A stretch of 64,000 bases of DNA from Hypanus sabinus (Eukaryota). The DNA lies in assembly GCF_030144855.1 (NCBI RefSeq), contig NC_082727.1, positions 36,952,001-37,016,000 on the forward strand, in the 5' to 3' direction. Positions within the stretch are counted from its first letter, which is position 1. The number at the start of each line of letters is the position of its first letter. This document shows positions 49,271-61,900 of the stretch, one piece after another. The position numbers were made by a program, and so were the translations under genes. The notes under the pieces were generated by a model. It was not told the DNA's origin, searched no databases, and worked only from the letters and a program-made list of their open reading frames with translations.

Positions 49271-51759
49271 AGACTTACTTAGATAATAAATTTACTTTAA
49301 CTTATTTTGACTTCTAAACCAATCAGCTGTCTCACATCGCACTCTCAGTGGTGCTGCCATGTCCTCAGATTTTTATATTTACCTCTTTTGGTTATTTAGT
49401 TATTGTTACTTTAGCAACTCTTTTTGCACTGTCTCATATTGCATTGCTACAGTACCCTTGTGCCATTTTGTTCTGCATTTGCCCTGGCATTTATTATTAC
49501 CAAGTATCCAGTTTGTTCTGTGAGCATTATACGAGCAAGGAATTTCATTGACAATAAACTAAACTGATCTAAAATTGGTTATCTTTATCAATATCATGCG
49601 TTGCTCTAGGAGCTCAATGCAGAGCATTGAAACAAAATTATATTGGAAGGGAACAGGAATGGTGTTATTACCCTGTAAGTGCACAGGACATTGGAGAGAC
49701 CCTGTTGGGAATTATGCGAGAGAGTGCAACAAAGGCTTACAGCACTAGTTCCTGGCTGGCAGAGCAGATGCATGAGGTGTAATAAACATTTATTCATATA
49801 TATGTAATTACTTAAAATATGAGCAGATAATTAATTGTTAAGCTGCAAAGTAAATTAAAGTTAAACAATCAGATCCAACAATCTCCCCTATATCTGAAAA
49901 TTCAGAGGCACGTATCTACACAAAGTTTAGAATAATCAAAAACTACTTAAGTTATGAAATACCGAATGGGATATATTTTTCAAAGTATTCATAGGATTAC
50001 GTCATGACAGATTAGTAGGCATACTAATGTAAGACTTAATAAAGTTTGAAATATTCCATGAATGATCCCATACAAATGAAAGAAAGATGTAAACTGTGAT
50101 AAATCAAATTAGTATGAATATTAGTAAGGGAATTAATAAGTAGAGAAAATTGGCAAATAGTAGATGGCAACTAATATTAGAATAAACCTCATCATGTCTT
50201 CTGGATGGTTAGGGATTTCCTCACTGTAGCCCAGCGGTGTAGGCACTCAGTCAAGAGTTTACTAGTACGTTAGCTACAGCAAGCAGCAAAAACTTGCCAC
50301 TGCAAGTGAGCTAAAGTGGTAAACAGGGCCCATTCACCAGGAATCAAAGTGCGTCCTCCTTGTGTTGGATCATTCTAAGAAGCAGAAGCCTGTTGAGAAG
50401 CAGACTGTACAGCCTGGGTTAATTTCACACAACAGTTAACTAAACTGACTGCCAGAAAGTATGTTACTGTATCAGACTCTGTGAAATTGAGGGCTCCCGG
50501 AAGTGACACTGCTTAGCACCTCAAATGGACTGTGTTTCCTTTTCTTGTTAGGGGTTGCTCTGATGCTACATAAGACCATAGGAAGAACTGTGTGTAGTTC
50601 ACAGTACTCCTTTCTCATGATAGTTAATCAGTTGTTGTTTGATCGTGCCATTCATTCATTTGTCTTGTCCTGATGACTCTGGGTGATGTGGACAATGAAA
50701 AGATCTTTCAAATTTCATCAGTCAACAAAAAAAGAGAGAGAGAGAGAGAATCTGAATGCTCGAGCAGAAAGCTCTATTACTACAAAGAAATGCCCTTGTC
50801 TCATTGTTACTGTGAGGAAGGAAGTAGAGAAGCCTGAAGGACACAACGATTCAGGAACAGCTTCTTCCTTACTGCCAATAAATTGCTAATTGAACATTGA
50901 CTCATTTGTTTTTCTGTCATTGCACTATTTTTAATTTAACTATTTAATGTACTTACTGTAATCAATTGATTTATTTATCTCTCTATATCTATCATGTATT
51001 GCATTGTACTGCTGCCGCTAAGTTAACAAATTTCATGACATATGCCGGTGATATTAAACCTGATTCTGATATTATTTTAAAAATCATTAGCTTCGATGAT
51101 TAAACTTAAACATGATATCAACATAGTCAGAAAGCTTCTGCACATAGCTAATCAATCCCTCTTCCACTTTTAGGCACCCTTTTTATTATTTTCTTGCCCT
51201 TTTTGCTCTTCTTATATTCTTTTCAACTCTTCACTACCGAACCCTACCTACATGCACCCCTCAAAATGATTCTACCACTCATCTCCACACTCAGAGCAAT
51301 CTACCAACCCACATAACTTTGAAAACCAGAGATCTTGAAGGAAGCCCATGTAGTCACAGGGAGAACATACTAACACTGTACGTTGAAGTTTCAGCCCAGT
51401 TCTCTGGCCTCATGAGGCAGTGGTTCTACTTGCTGTTCCACTGAGTCAAATTTATTTGCCTTAGTTGTCGACACCTGCACACTGAAGACAACTGTACACA
51501 TATTTCAACTAAAAGCCCTCCAAGAGTACATCCGAGTAACGAGCAATCATTTCAGACTTGAAGTCCATCAAACCTATTGATGCTTCCACCACCTTTCTAG
51601 AAAGCTTTTCAGATGCAGCCTTGCAACAAGAAAGGCAATTTGTTATCAGGGAGCTTTACAGCAACAATAAGTACAAGTAAATGTTTAAAAACCATAAGAA
51701 ATAAGTGCAGAATTAGGCAAATGACTCAACTGTGAGAAGTGGTAAGTAGGCAGAATTCA

Positions 51760-51885
51760 GATCAACCAATCAGATAAGGTCTTATGGCCATATGCTTTAA
51801 CTCTGTTAGTAAACCATACAGCATTTGTAATTGGCTCAGCGTTGGGAAAGAAAACTGCATTTTAGTTTCACTTCCTAGTTTTCAA
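51760..51885 (+). promoter_or_regulatory. IFIT-D promoter: CCAAT boxes, GGGAAAGAAAACT (51844-51856), ETS-IRF/ISRE AGTTTCACTTCC (51864-51875)
   Basis: The reverse strand reads GGAAGTGAAACT (EICE consensus GGAANNGAAA); the atcaRccaatcag..ggtct.atgg..gtaattgg scaffold is shared with the IFIT-C promoter. Confidence 0.7.
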
Positions 51886-53282
51886 CTCTCTTCACATTCA
51901 GAAATCAGAGCAGAAATTGCTGAGGTGGAAAAAAAATCATTGAATATCCTTTATGATCCTATCAAAATCAAAGTGCAACTGAGCTGTAAAGGAAATTTAA
52001 CGTGTTTATTCAATTCAGAAAATGAGGTAAAGAATATTGCAACCTATTTGGCATTTAAGTTTACTGTACAGGCAGAGCATGGTAAGGGAGTGTGCTTACA
52101 TAAACTATGGGGAATAAGTTATTCTTTTTTCCACAGTCATGAGAAATTGAGAAAGACTTGATTAACGTTGCTGTTATGTTTTTGAGGTGGTTGCTAAGAT
52201 CAGTGGGGTGAATCACACCCTGCCACAGATGAGGGAGAACTAACTTGACAGAGGAGGTAGACTCGGGGTAATTTGGGAGGTGCTGCACTCCTTCCGCCAC
52301 TGGCAAAGAGCTTCTGTGCACTCTGACTGCATGGACTCAATTTTCTCAGGGCCAATCAGAACAATCAGGGTCAGGGAGTTGTCAGCAACTTCCAGCATCT
52401 GGCATGAGGAACAAAGGGCCAGTGACCCATAGGTACACGAGCTGGCAAGTCCAGAGTGTCAGGCCTAGTGTTCGGATTCTCCTCGTTGGTGAGCCTGCCA
52501 TTTGAGGCCTGGACTTCGAATCCTCATTCATCATCATTAGTGAGTTCTTTTCAAAGATCAAAGCCCAAATGGCAATCAGAAGGCAGGGAAGATGACCAGA
52601 GCCCAGAGTCTGCGAATCTCAGCGAGTCCACTGGAGAAGTGAAAGACTGCGAGTCCTAGTGCACTGGAGACTGCCTGTCCCAGGGATGGAGGACTGTGTA
52701 TGGGTGTAGGTGGGGGCAGGGGAGGGAGAAACAGAGCTGATTTTACTGGCATTGTTTTGCCACTTGCTGCGTCCTGTGTTGCCCTGCTGAACATTGTGGG
52801 CATGCTATGCCAACACCCGAATGTGTGACAACACATGATGGATGCTATGAGCACATCCTTGGGTGTTTTGGTAATTAGTGTAAACAACAGATTTTAAAGC
52901 ATGTTCTGATGTACCTGCGATAAATAAATCTGAATCATATCCCAGTTGAAGGGGTGAAGAGACAAAGATGCCCAAAAGACAGTGGGGCAGTTGCAAATTT
53001 TCAAGGAGGCTTTCAGCATATTATTAAATATTTTCCATTGTCCCCTTCTTAATCTATCTGCTTTGACAGAGTTCAGGATATAATGTTCTTCAGGAACACG
53101 TTGCAGGGACGTGAGTAACATGCATCATATAGCTGATCATGTTAGGACTAAAGTTCGGGGGATTCTGACCTGGGAGAGGAGAGCAATGTTGATTTGTTTA
53201 TTCTTGCAGCGTATTTGGAGAATTTTGTGAAAACAGGTTTGGTGGCATTGCTAAGTGATTTGAAGTTGCTCAATGTACATAT

Positions 53283-56200
53283 TGATGCACCACCAAATAA
53301 CTCTCGGAGACGTGAGGTGAGATATAGGCTTTTATTGGCTGGAAGAAAGAACAAGCAGCAAGTGACCACCACACTGCATCCTGGAGACTGAGGCTGGGGC
53401 GGTGTCCCCAATCGCCTCTATACCGGGGTCCATGGGAGGAGCCACAGGAGCAGTCAGCGGGGGGGGGGGGGGGGGGGGGGGCGTGTCCAGGTATATGTAG
53501 TTCACCACATTCAACCCCCTGCCTTTGTATTTAAAAGAGAGAAGTTTCTTACAAGTATATTTACAGGTTAAGTCTATCAGGTGGTGGAATCTGTCGCTGC
53601 GATCTACGTAGCACCGGCTGTGATTGCACAGGTGCCGGTGGTGATTGCACCGGAGATGATGGTTGTGCTGGTTCCGGCCTAACTGAAGGTGTCAGCCCAC
53701 TAGGCATCAGTGATCCCTCATGGGTGTGTGAGGGACCTGGTATATGCGTGTGCGAGGCGCCCGGTATGGGAGTGTCGTGAGGAGTCTGTGTAGGGCTCGG
53801 TGTGCGCGGTGTCACCTCGGGTACAGGGTTCATAGTTACCGGAGAGCCTTCAGGGTAGTGGTCTGCTGCTCCTGCAGGCACCAGGTTGCGGATGGAGACC
53901 GTGTCCTCCCGCCCATCAGGTAAGACCACGTAGGCATACTGGGGGTTCACATGTAGTAGGTGAACCCTCTCGACCAGTGGGTAGTATTTATTGCTCCTCA
54001 CATGTTTCCGGAGCAGCACTGGCCCTGGGGACGTCAGCCAAGCTGGTAGGGTCGTCCCAGTGGCAGAATTCCTGGGAAAAAAGAATAGGCGCTCGTGAGG
54101 GGTGGCATTGGTGGATGTACATAACAGGGAATGGATGGAGTGGAGTGCCTCGGGGAGGACCTCTTGCCATCGAGAGACCGGCAACCGCTTTGACTTAAGG
54201 GCTAAAAGTGTGGCCTTCCACACTGTGGCATTCTCCCTCTCCACCTGTCCATTTCCCTGGGGATTATAGCTCGTGGTCCGACTAGTAGCAATGCCCCTAG
54301 CCAGCAGGTACTGGCGCAGCTCGTCACTCATAGCAGGGATATCCGAACAGAGTGAAGAGCTGGTGCAGGGCTTTTATGACGGACGTGGCAGTGGTGTTGG
54401 GGCAGGGGATGGCAAAGGGGAACCGCGAGTACTCGTCGATAATGTTGAGAAAGTAGACATTGCGGTCGGTGGAGGGAAGGGGGCCCTTAAAGTCAACACT
54501 CAGTCGCTCAAAGGGGCGGGTGGCCTTGATAAGTTGTGCCTTGTCAGGACAGTAGAAGTGCAGTTTGCACTCAGCGCAGACTTGGCAGTCCCTGGTCATC
54601 ATCCTGATGTCTTCAAAGGAGTAAGGCAGGTTCCGGGCTTTCATGAAATGGTAAAATCGGGTGAGCCCCGGGTGGAAAAGATCTGCCTGGAGGACATATA
54701 GCTGGTCGAGCTGTGCGCTGGCACACGCTCCCTGGGATAGGGGCATCAGGGGGCTCATTGAGCCTTCCAGGCCGGTACAGGATACCATAGTTGTAGGTGG
54801 AGAGTTCTGTTCTCCACTGCAAAATTTTATCATTTTTGATTTTGCCCCGCTGTTGGTTGCTGAACATGAACGCAACTGAGCGTTGGTCGGACAGCAAGGT
54901 GAACCTTTTGCCGGCAAGATAGTGCCTCCAGTGCCTAATGGCTTCCACTATGGCCTGGGCTTATTTCTCCACCGCGGAGTGCCGAATTTCAGGGCCTTGA
55001 AGGGTACAAGAGAAGAAGGCCTGCCTGCCTGATTGAGGGTAGCAACCAGTGCAAAGTCACTCTCTACTTGGAAGGGAGTGGTCTTGTCCATCGCATGCAT
55101 CGTTGCTTTGGCAATGTCCCCTTTAATGCAGCTGAAGGCTGCGCGGGCCTCGGCAGAGAGGGGAAATGTGGTGGACTTGACCAGGGGGCGGGCCTTGTCT
55201 GCGTAATGAGGGACCCATTGGGCGTAAGAGGAAAAGAAGCCCAGGCACCGTCTGAGGGCTCTGAGGGTTGTGGGAAAAGAGAGTTCTAACAGGGGGTGCA
55301 CATGGTCTGGATCAGGACCAATGACCCCGTTCTCCATGACATACCCAAGGATAGTGAGTCAGGTGGTTCCAAACACTCACGTCCCCGTTATAAGTAAGGT
55401 TCAGGACTTTGGCCACTTGGAAAAATCATTGGAGGTTGGTGTCGTGATCCGGCCAGTCGTGACCACAGCTGGTGATGTTATCCAGATAGGGAAATGTGGC
55501 CTTCAGTTGGCACTGGTCCACCATCCAGTCCATTTCCCTCTGGAAGACAGAGACACCATTCGTGACACCAAATGGGACGCGCAGGAAGTGATAGAGCCTG
55601 CCGCCCGCCTCGAAAGCGATGTAGGGTCGGTCCTCTGGGCGGATGGGGAGCTGGTGGTAGGCGGATTTCAGATCTATGGTCGAGTACACTTTGTACTGAG
55701 CTAACTGGTTGACCATATCCGCGATGCGGGGTAGGGGGTACGCGTCAAGCTGCGTGAACCTATTGATGGTCTGGCTATAGTCCACGACCATCCTATTTTT
55801 CTGCCTGGTCCGAACAACAACCACCTGGGCCCTCCAAGGACTTGTGCTTGGCTCAATGATCCCCTCCCTGAGCAGCCACTGCACCTCTGACTGAATGAAG
55901 GCCCTGTCCCCCGCGCTGTACCTCCTGCTTTTAGTTGCCACAGGTTTACAGTCAGGGGTCAGGTTGGTGAACAGCGGTGGGGGAGGGATCTTGAGGGTGG
56001 AGAGGCTGCAAGTGGTGTCAGTAGCTCAGCTGTTGGCATGGTGCTGGGTGGGATGTGTGGTTCAGTGTGTGTGTGTGTGTGGTCAGTAGCGGGGTATATA
56101 GCGGTCCCACAAAACTGAGGATTCCTGACAGTGAGTGGTGGGAGGGGCCCGTCATATGCCATAGTCACACTTTCAAGGTGGCTGTGGAAGTCCAGCCCCA

Positions 56201-57641
56201 ATAGCACAGGCATGCACAGTTGAGGCATGACCAGTAACGCAAAGTTCCGATATTCTGTGCCCTGCACCACCAAAGTTGCTACACAACCCACCCGGATGTC
56301 TGTGGAATACGACCCAGAAGCCATGGTGATCCTCTGGGTTACCGATCGTGTCACGAGTCCGCAGCGTTGCACTGTGTCCGGGTCAATAAAACTCTCAGTG
56401 CTGCCCATGTCAAACAGGCAGCTAGTCCTGTGCCCCTCCAGCAGGATGTCCATCATTGACCTTGCAAGCTGGTGTGGGGCGCTTTGGTCGAGGGTTACAG
56501 AGGCCAGAGATGCATTGCCGTCTTGGTGCCCGGTAAGCACCCGTGGGTCGGGGGCAGGGCGAGGTGGCGCTGACAAAGATGGCCACCCCCATGTCTCGCA
56601 CGCAGCGCAGTCCGACCCCACTTGTGGTTCAGACATACAGACCTTGGCGAAATGGCCCTTCTTTCCGCAGCTGGAGCAGGTAGCTTCTCATGCTGGGCAG
56701 TGTTTTCGGGGGTGCTTTTCGAGTCCGCAGAAGTAACACTACGCGGACTTGTGAATGGCAGCAGCTGTGGTCGGTTTCAGGGAGTTTGTGGATTCGTGAC
56801 TGGCAGCAGCTGAGGTCGATTCGCTCGCGGGTGGTGGGGTCTGCAGCATCCACAGAACCGGCGGGGGATCGCACTGCTGGACAGTATCAGCGTTGTGCAG
56901 AGCAGCCTCCAGCATGTTGGCCATCTCAATCGCCGAGCGTAAGGTAAGATCGGCATTTTCCAGCAGCCGCTGGCGCACGTACACTGACCTGATCCCCGTA
57001 ACAAAGGCGTCTCGTACCAGGAGCTCCGCATGCTGTTCTGCAGTCGCAGGCCCGCACAAGTGTCTGTAGGGCTCGGACAAACTTCCCGCTCGACTCACCA
57101 GGCTGCTGCCGCCGCGTCGCTAAGCGATGTCTTGCGTAGACGGTGTTCACCGGCCACAGGTACTGCCTTTTGAGGGCGTCCAGTGCCCCTTCGTAGGTCG
57201 GCAGCTTCCTGATAAGGGAGAATACTTTCGGGCTGACCCTGGAAAGGAGGATTTTGTGCATTGTGGCAGGCTCAGTCACAGGAATCACTTCCAGGTATGG
57301 TTGGAAGCATGCAAGCCAGAGTTCAAAGGCAACAGCTGCTTCGGGAGCTTGAGGGTCCAAGTCCAATTTTTCCAGATGTAAAATACTCTCCATGTTTTAA
57401 AACTTCCAGCCAATAAAATTGATGCACCATCAATAACTCTTGGAGACGCGAGGCGAGATATAGGCTTTTATTGGCTGGAAGAAAGCACAAGCAGCAAGTG
57501 ACCACCACACAACATCCTGGAGAATGAGGAAGGGTCTGTGCCTCCAATCACCTTTATACCGGGGTCCGTGAGAGGAACCACAGGAGCAGTCAGCAGGGGG
57601 GGCGGGGGGCGTATCCAGACAGGTATATGTAGCTCACCACA
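53283..57641 (-). mobile_element. Near full-length Gypsy family 3 element (gag-pro-RT-RH-IN), antisense in the IFIT-D intron
   Basis: LTRs of ~225 bp at 53283-53509 and 57420-57641 (TG..CA); gag ATG at 57393; knuckle CSSCGKKGHFAKVC; PR LFDMGS; RT VVDYS..IDLKSAYHQ..PFG..YLDN; IN SVDFKGP, IDEYSRF, NGQVER; PPT agggggttgaa; multiple frameshifts. Confidence 0.92.
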
Positions 57642-58084
57642 CCACCTCCAGGTCTCAGAAGAGAGCAACGATAACAGAGAGCTGAGAGTGCATGGAACAC
57701 CCTGCCAGGGGTGGTGGTAGAGGCAGATACATTAGGGGTATTTAAGAAACTCTTAGATAGGCAAATGGATAATAGAAAATGAACTACGTAGAACAGAAGG
57801 GTAAAATTAATCTCAGAGGAGGTTACGATGTTGGCACAATATTATCGCGGGCTGAGGGGCCCGTACTGTGCTGCAGTGCTCTATGTTCTATAATCACTGC
57901 TGCTAAACCACGGGTTTCATGCCAGGTCTACGAGTTTGAAGTTCAAGTACTCTTTTCCTCAAGTAACCTAAGACAAGAGTGGCTTGCCATTTGGCCACTG
58001 AGCATGTGCAAATGCAAGCCTTGTTGGCGTATTGCAGCTTGACCACTGAGATTCAGCTGATGTTGATGTGTACTTTGCTTTGAA

Positions 58085-58945
58085 TTTAGAACATCGAACA
58101 GTACAGTACTAGAACATGCCTTTCAGCCCATGCGGCTCTGTCACACTAACTAAACAAGTAACTAACTAAGCAAATCCCTTCAGTCTACATAATATCCATA
58201 CTCTGCACTCTCTGCACATTCATGTACCTTCGAAAGAGCCTTTTAAAAGCTTCAGTCTTAATTGTCTCTTCTGCTACCCAAGAGAATGCATTCTAGGCAC
58301 TCTCTATGCTGTACATCTGGAATGCACTGCTCGGAAAAGCAGTACATCTCCTTTGAAGTTACTGTCTCTCACCTTAAATGCATGCCCTGTAGTATTAAAC
58401 ATCTTTATCCTCAGGAAAAGATACAAGCTGTCTACTCAATCTATGCCTCTCATAATTTCTATAGATTTCAGCCAGGTCTTCCCGCAGCCTCTGCCACTGC
58501 AGAAAAAGTAACCCAAGTTTGTCCAGCCTCTCTATTTAGTACAAATATTCTAATCCAGACAGCAACCTAGCAAATCTCTTCTGCACCCTCCCCAAAACTC
58601 CCACACCCTCCCTATAATGGGCCAATGAGAACTCAATGCAATGTTGCAGATGCGGTTTAACCAGAGCTTTATAAGACTGCAACACAATTTCCTGACTATT
58701 GAACACAAGACTGTGAATAATGAAGGCAGAGATCCCATATGCCTTTTCTTTCCACACTGTGCAGCCACCTTCAAGCAGTTGTGGACTTGGACACCAAGAT
58801 CCTTCTGTACATTAACATCAGTCCTGCCTCTGTCCTGTTACATTTGACCTCAAAAAGTACAATGCCTCACAGTTGGCTGGATTGAACTCTGCCTGTCATT
58901 TCTCAACTCATATCTGCAACTACTCTATATCCTGCTGTGTCCTTT
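58085..58945 (-). mobile_element. CR1 LINE 3' fragment
   Basis: YKALVKPHLQHCIEF..LGRVQKRFARLL. Confidence 0.75.
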
Positions 58946-61900
58946 GATAATCTTCTATAGCTGAGCAGTTTCTAAATGTTGAACAGTTCCTATTAGTTCT
59001 GAAGATTAGCTCCATTCCACTGGGAATTTTGTTGGAGGCGACTTAGAACAAAGCTAGGACATAGATGGTGGCTTGTGAGCAATACTAGGATAAATAGACA
59101 CAACAGCCTCTTGGGGGCCAACCAAAGGTGTTTTTTTTTCTCTTTATTAAATGTGCTTTTTTATCATACATCCATACAGGACTCCAATAACAACCAGTAG
59201 AGCAGGTCTACTGCAACAGTGAGCTGTTTATTGTTTGGAGTAGCCATCCAGCAGTTTAGAGGAGGAGAGGCCAGTCACCAGGCCACGAGAGGAGAGTCAG
59301 CCCATCAGGCCTCAGGGGGAGGTGACCGGGGTGCAGGCTGTGTTGCTGCCTGCTACTCGAAGGCACCGGAGCTGGTGTGCGAATGCAACGTGTAGAGGAA
59401 CTGTGAGTGACTGTATTGGACGTTTCTTTTGCGATCCCGAGGCATGGCTGGCCATCGATTGCCGCGGGCTGTTTCCCTTGATTGGTGGTGAGACAGGAAG
59501 CTAGGCAGCAGTGTCAGCTCAGTTGCAACAATGACTAGAACTCAAGCAGCAGGCTTGCCTGCTGCACAGTCCAGGTGAGGAGCGGACATTGGAAGCGGTG
59601 TAATGTGGCGTCCATGCTCCGTTGGGCTGTGGCTTCTCCCGTCAGTGCTGCCCTCCATTGTTGGATCAGTAGAGTTACAAGCAGGATGCTGGGAATCATC
59701 AATTTGTGGGACTTATCGCTCGGGGTCTTGGACTAAAAATGTGTTTTCTTGCGTGACTATGTTCTTGTTTTTCTCTCTCATTATTTTGAATGCATGTGTA
59801 CTGTAGGTTTTTGCACCTTGGCCTCAGATGAATGCTGTCTCATTCAGCTGTATCCATGAATGGTTTGAATAATAATTCATTTTGATTTGTTTGATAGAAG
59901 TGCTGAGGCAATTACACAAAACCTGCTTAAAACAAGCTTTCACTGGAATTGTCAGTGACGCAGATGCTTTGGTTCAGATCATGGCCTGTAGACATCATGA
60001 TGCTTATCCAATTAACACACACACACATGCGCGCACACACACTTTTCCACACTGATCTCTTTTCTTATTCTCATTAACACATTGAGTTCAACAATATCAG
60101 AACAGAAACCCATGCAACACGCCTGATCTGTTTATGCTTTGTACATTTGGTATTGAATAGCCAACCTTCCTTACATGAACTAAGATGAATTTTCAAGAAT
60201 TTTGTCCTCTTTCAGCAACTCACAGAGAGAATTAATGAAAGAGAAGCTCGATCAGCTTCAGTGTCACTTCATGTGGAGCCCCCAGAAAGAAAATGTTGAC
60301 TTGGAAGATGTGATGTACAGATTGCAAGATTCTATCCAACTGAATTTGAAATATAAGGCAAGGTCCTACAACCAACTCGCTTTTGTAAACTGCCTGCAGG
60401 GCAACTATGAAGAAGCAATTCAAAATTTAAAGGAAGCTGAAAAGATTCTGAGGGAGGAGTACAAAGATGAATTTGAAAGAAGAAGTATCATCACCTATGG
60501 AAACTTTGCCTGGGTGCATTACCACATGGGACAACTGACCGAGGCCTAGTCCTATCTTGACAAGCTGGAGATGATCTGTAAACCGCTCAGTGATGGCCCT
60601 CGCTATACAGCAATGATACCCGAGGTGTACGGGGAGAAGGGATGGTCTTTGCTAAGGTCAGCTAGTCAATACTATGAGGAGGCAAAGGCATGTTTTGAGA
60701 AGGCACTGGAGGAAGATCCTGATAATACAGAATGGATGATGGGATGTGCTACTGTTTTGTTTCGCCTGGAATCATTTGCTGGTACACCAGAAAATCGTGA
60801 ACGGAGTCAGTCAATGAAACATCTGCATCGTGTACTGGAGCTTGATCCCGATGACTCATTGGCCATGGTTCTGTTGGCTCTAAAACTTCAGGAGCTGAAG
60901 AAAAAGAAAGAAGCAAATGAATTAGTTGAACAAGCATTGCAGAAAACCTCTGATTATCCAAAAGTGCTTCGCAACGCTGCAAAATTTTACCGAAAGGAAA
61001 AGGATGTGGAAAAAGCAATCATGTTGTTGAAGACAGCATTAGAAATTTCCCCACATTCTAGCGTCCTGCATGACCAATTGGGCATGTGTTACAGAATCAA
61101 ACTACTTGAATTAATTGCCAATCCTCTGAGCAAGGATCCTCAGAACCCAGAATTCCAACAAAAAGCAGATTTGTTCAATCAATGCAAATATCACTTTGGA
61201 AAGGCATTTGAGCATCGTCCAAAGACAGCTGTTAAATCACAACTGGATTTTGCTGACATCTGTCGAAGAAATGAAGAGTATTCCAAAGCAGAGGAGATCT
61301 ATAGTAATCTTTTGAAATTAGTTGATATTCGCCCAGAAAATATACAGAGAATATGCTTAGAGGCTGGTTTATTTCAACTGTACCAGAGGAAGTCAGAATT
61401 CAATGGCATCAAGTTGTTACAGAAAGCCCTGAAGATTGAAACTCAGTCAAAGCTCTGGAAAAAGGGTTGTGAGCATTTGGAGAAATGGGCAGACAGGAAA
61501 CTTTGTAGGAATCCACATGACAGCATGGCCCTTGGTGCCAAAGGGCTACTGCATCAACTGGGCCACAACAAGTCCAAAGCTATTGAATGTTATGAAAAGG
61601 CCTTGGAGTTTGATCCTGGCAATGAAGAATATCTCAGCGCTCTCTGTGAGCTACACCTTTCCTTAGAGGACCGTAATGATATTTGAAAGGTGAAATGATT
61701 TCACTGGATGTGAGGACAGACTTGTAGGATTTCTTTACTAAATATATATCATTTTTAAATGAGAGTTTTACTTGTGAATATGTTATTTTAAAAGACAACC
61801 TTACTGTAACTACACCTAACCCTTGTGTTATTTCAAAGATAGTGACACTAACTGGTCTTGTGAACAAACTGAGTTTAGTTGCATTTCTTTGGACATTCAA

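Larger units (their letters stand above)
52022..61686 (+). pseudogene. IFIT: IFIT-D; coding exons 52022-52026 and 60216-61686; 491 codons with one premature TAG (60547-60549, Q113*)
   Basis: ORFs 60202-60549 and 60571-61686 share a frame; GCC TAG TCC here versus GCC CAG TCC in three paralogues; acceptor ctttcag|C; donor ATGAG|GTAAAG follows the IRF motifs. Confidence 0.85.

Noticed and set aside
53459-53481. Long poly-G run as a G-quadruplex element
   Set aside because: Expansion of a G-rich LTR stretch (shorter and interrupted in the other LTR); homopolymer length is unreliable in assemblies.
59260-59890. GC-richer intronic segment as an alternative promoter or exon of IFIT-D
   Set aside because: No convincing in-phase donor with IRF motifs; the 3' end looks like a retroposon tail, so it is probably an unclassified repeat.
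60547-60555. Programmed stop-codon readthrough or selenocysteine in IFIT-D
   Set aside because: The codon is TAG followed by TCC (not UGA-CUAG or UAG-CAR-YYA), and all paralogues have CAG; a simple C>T change explains it.
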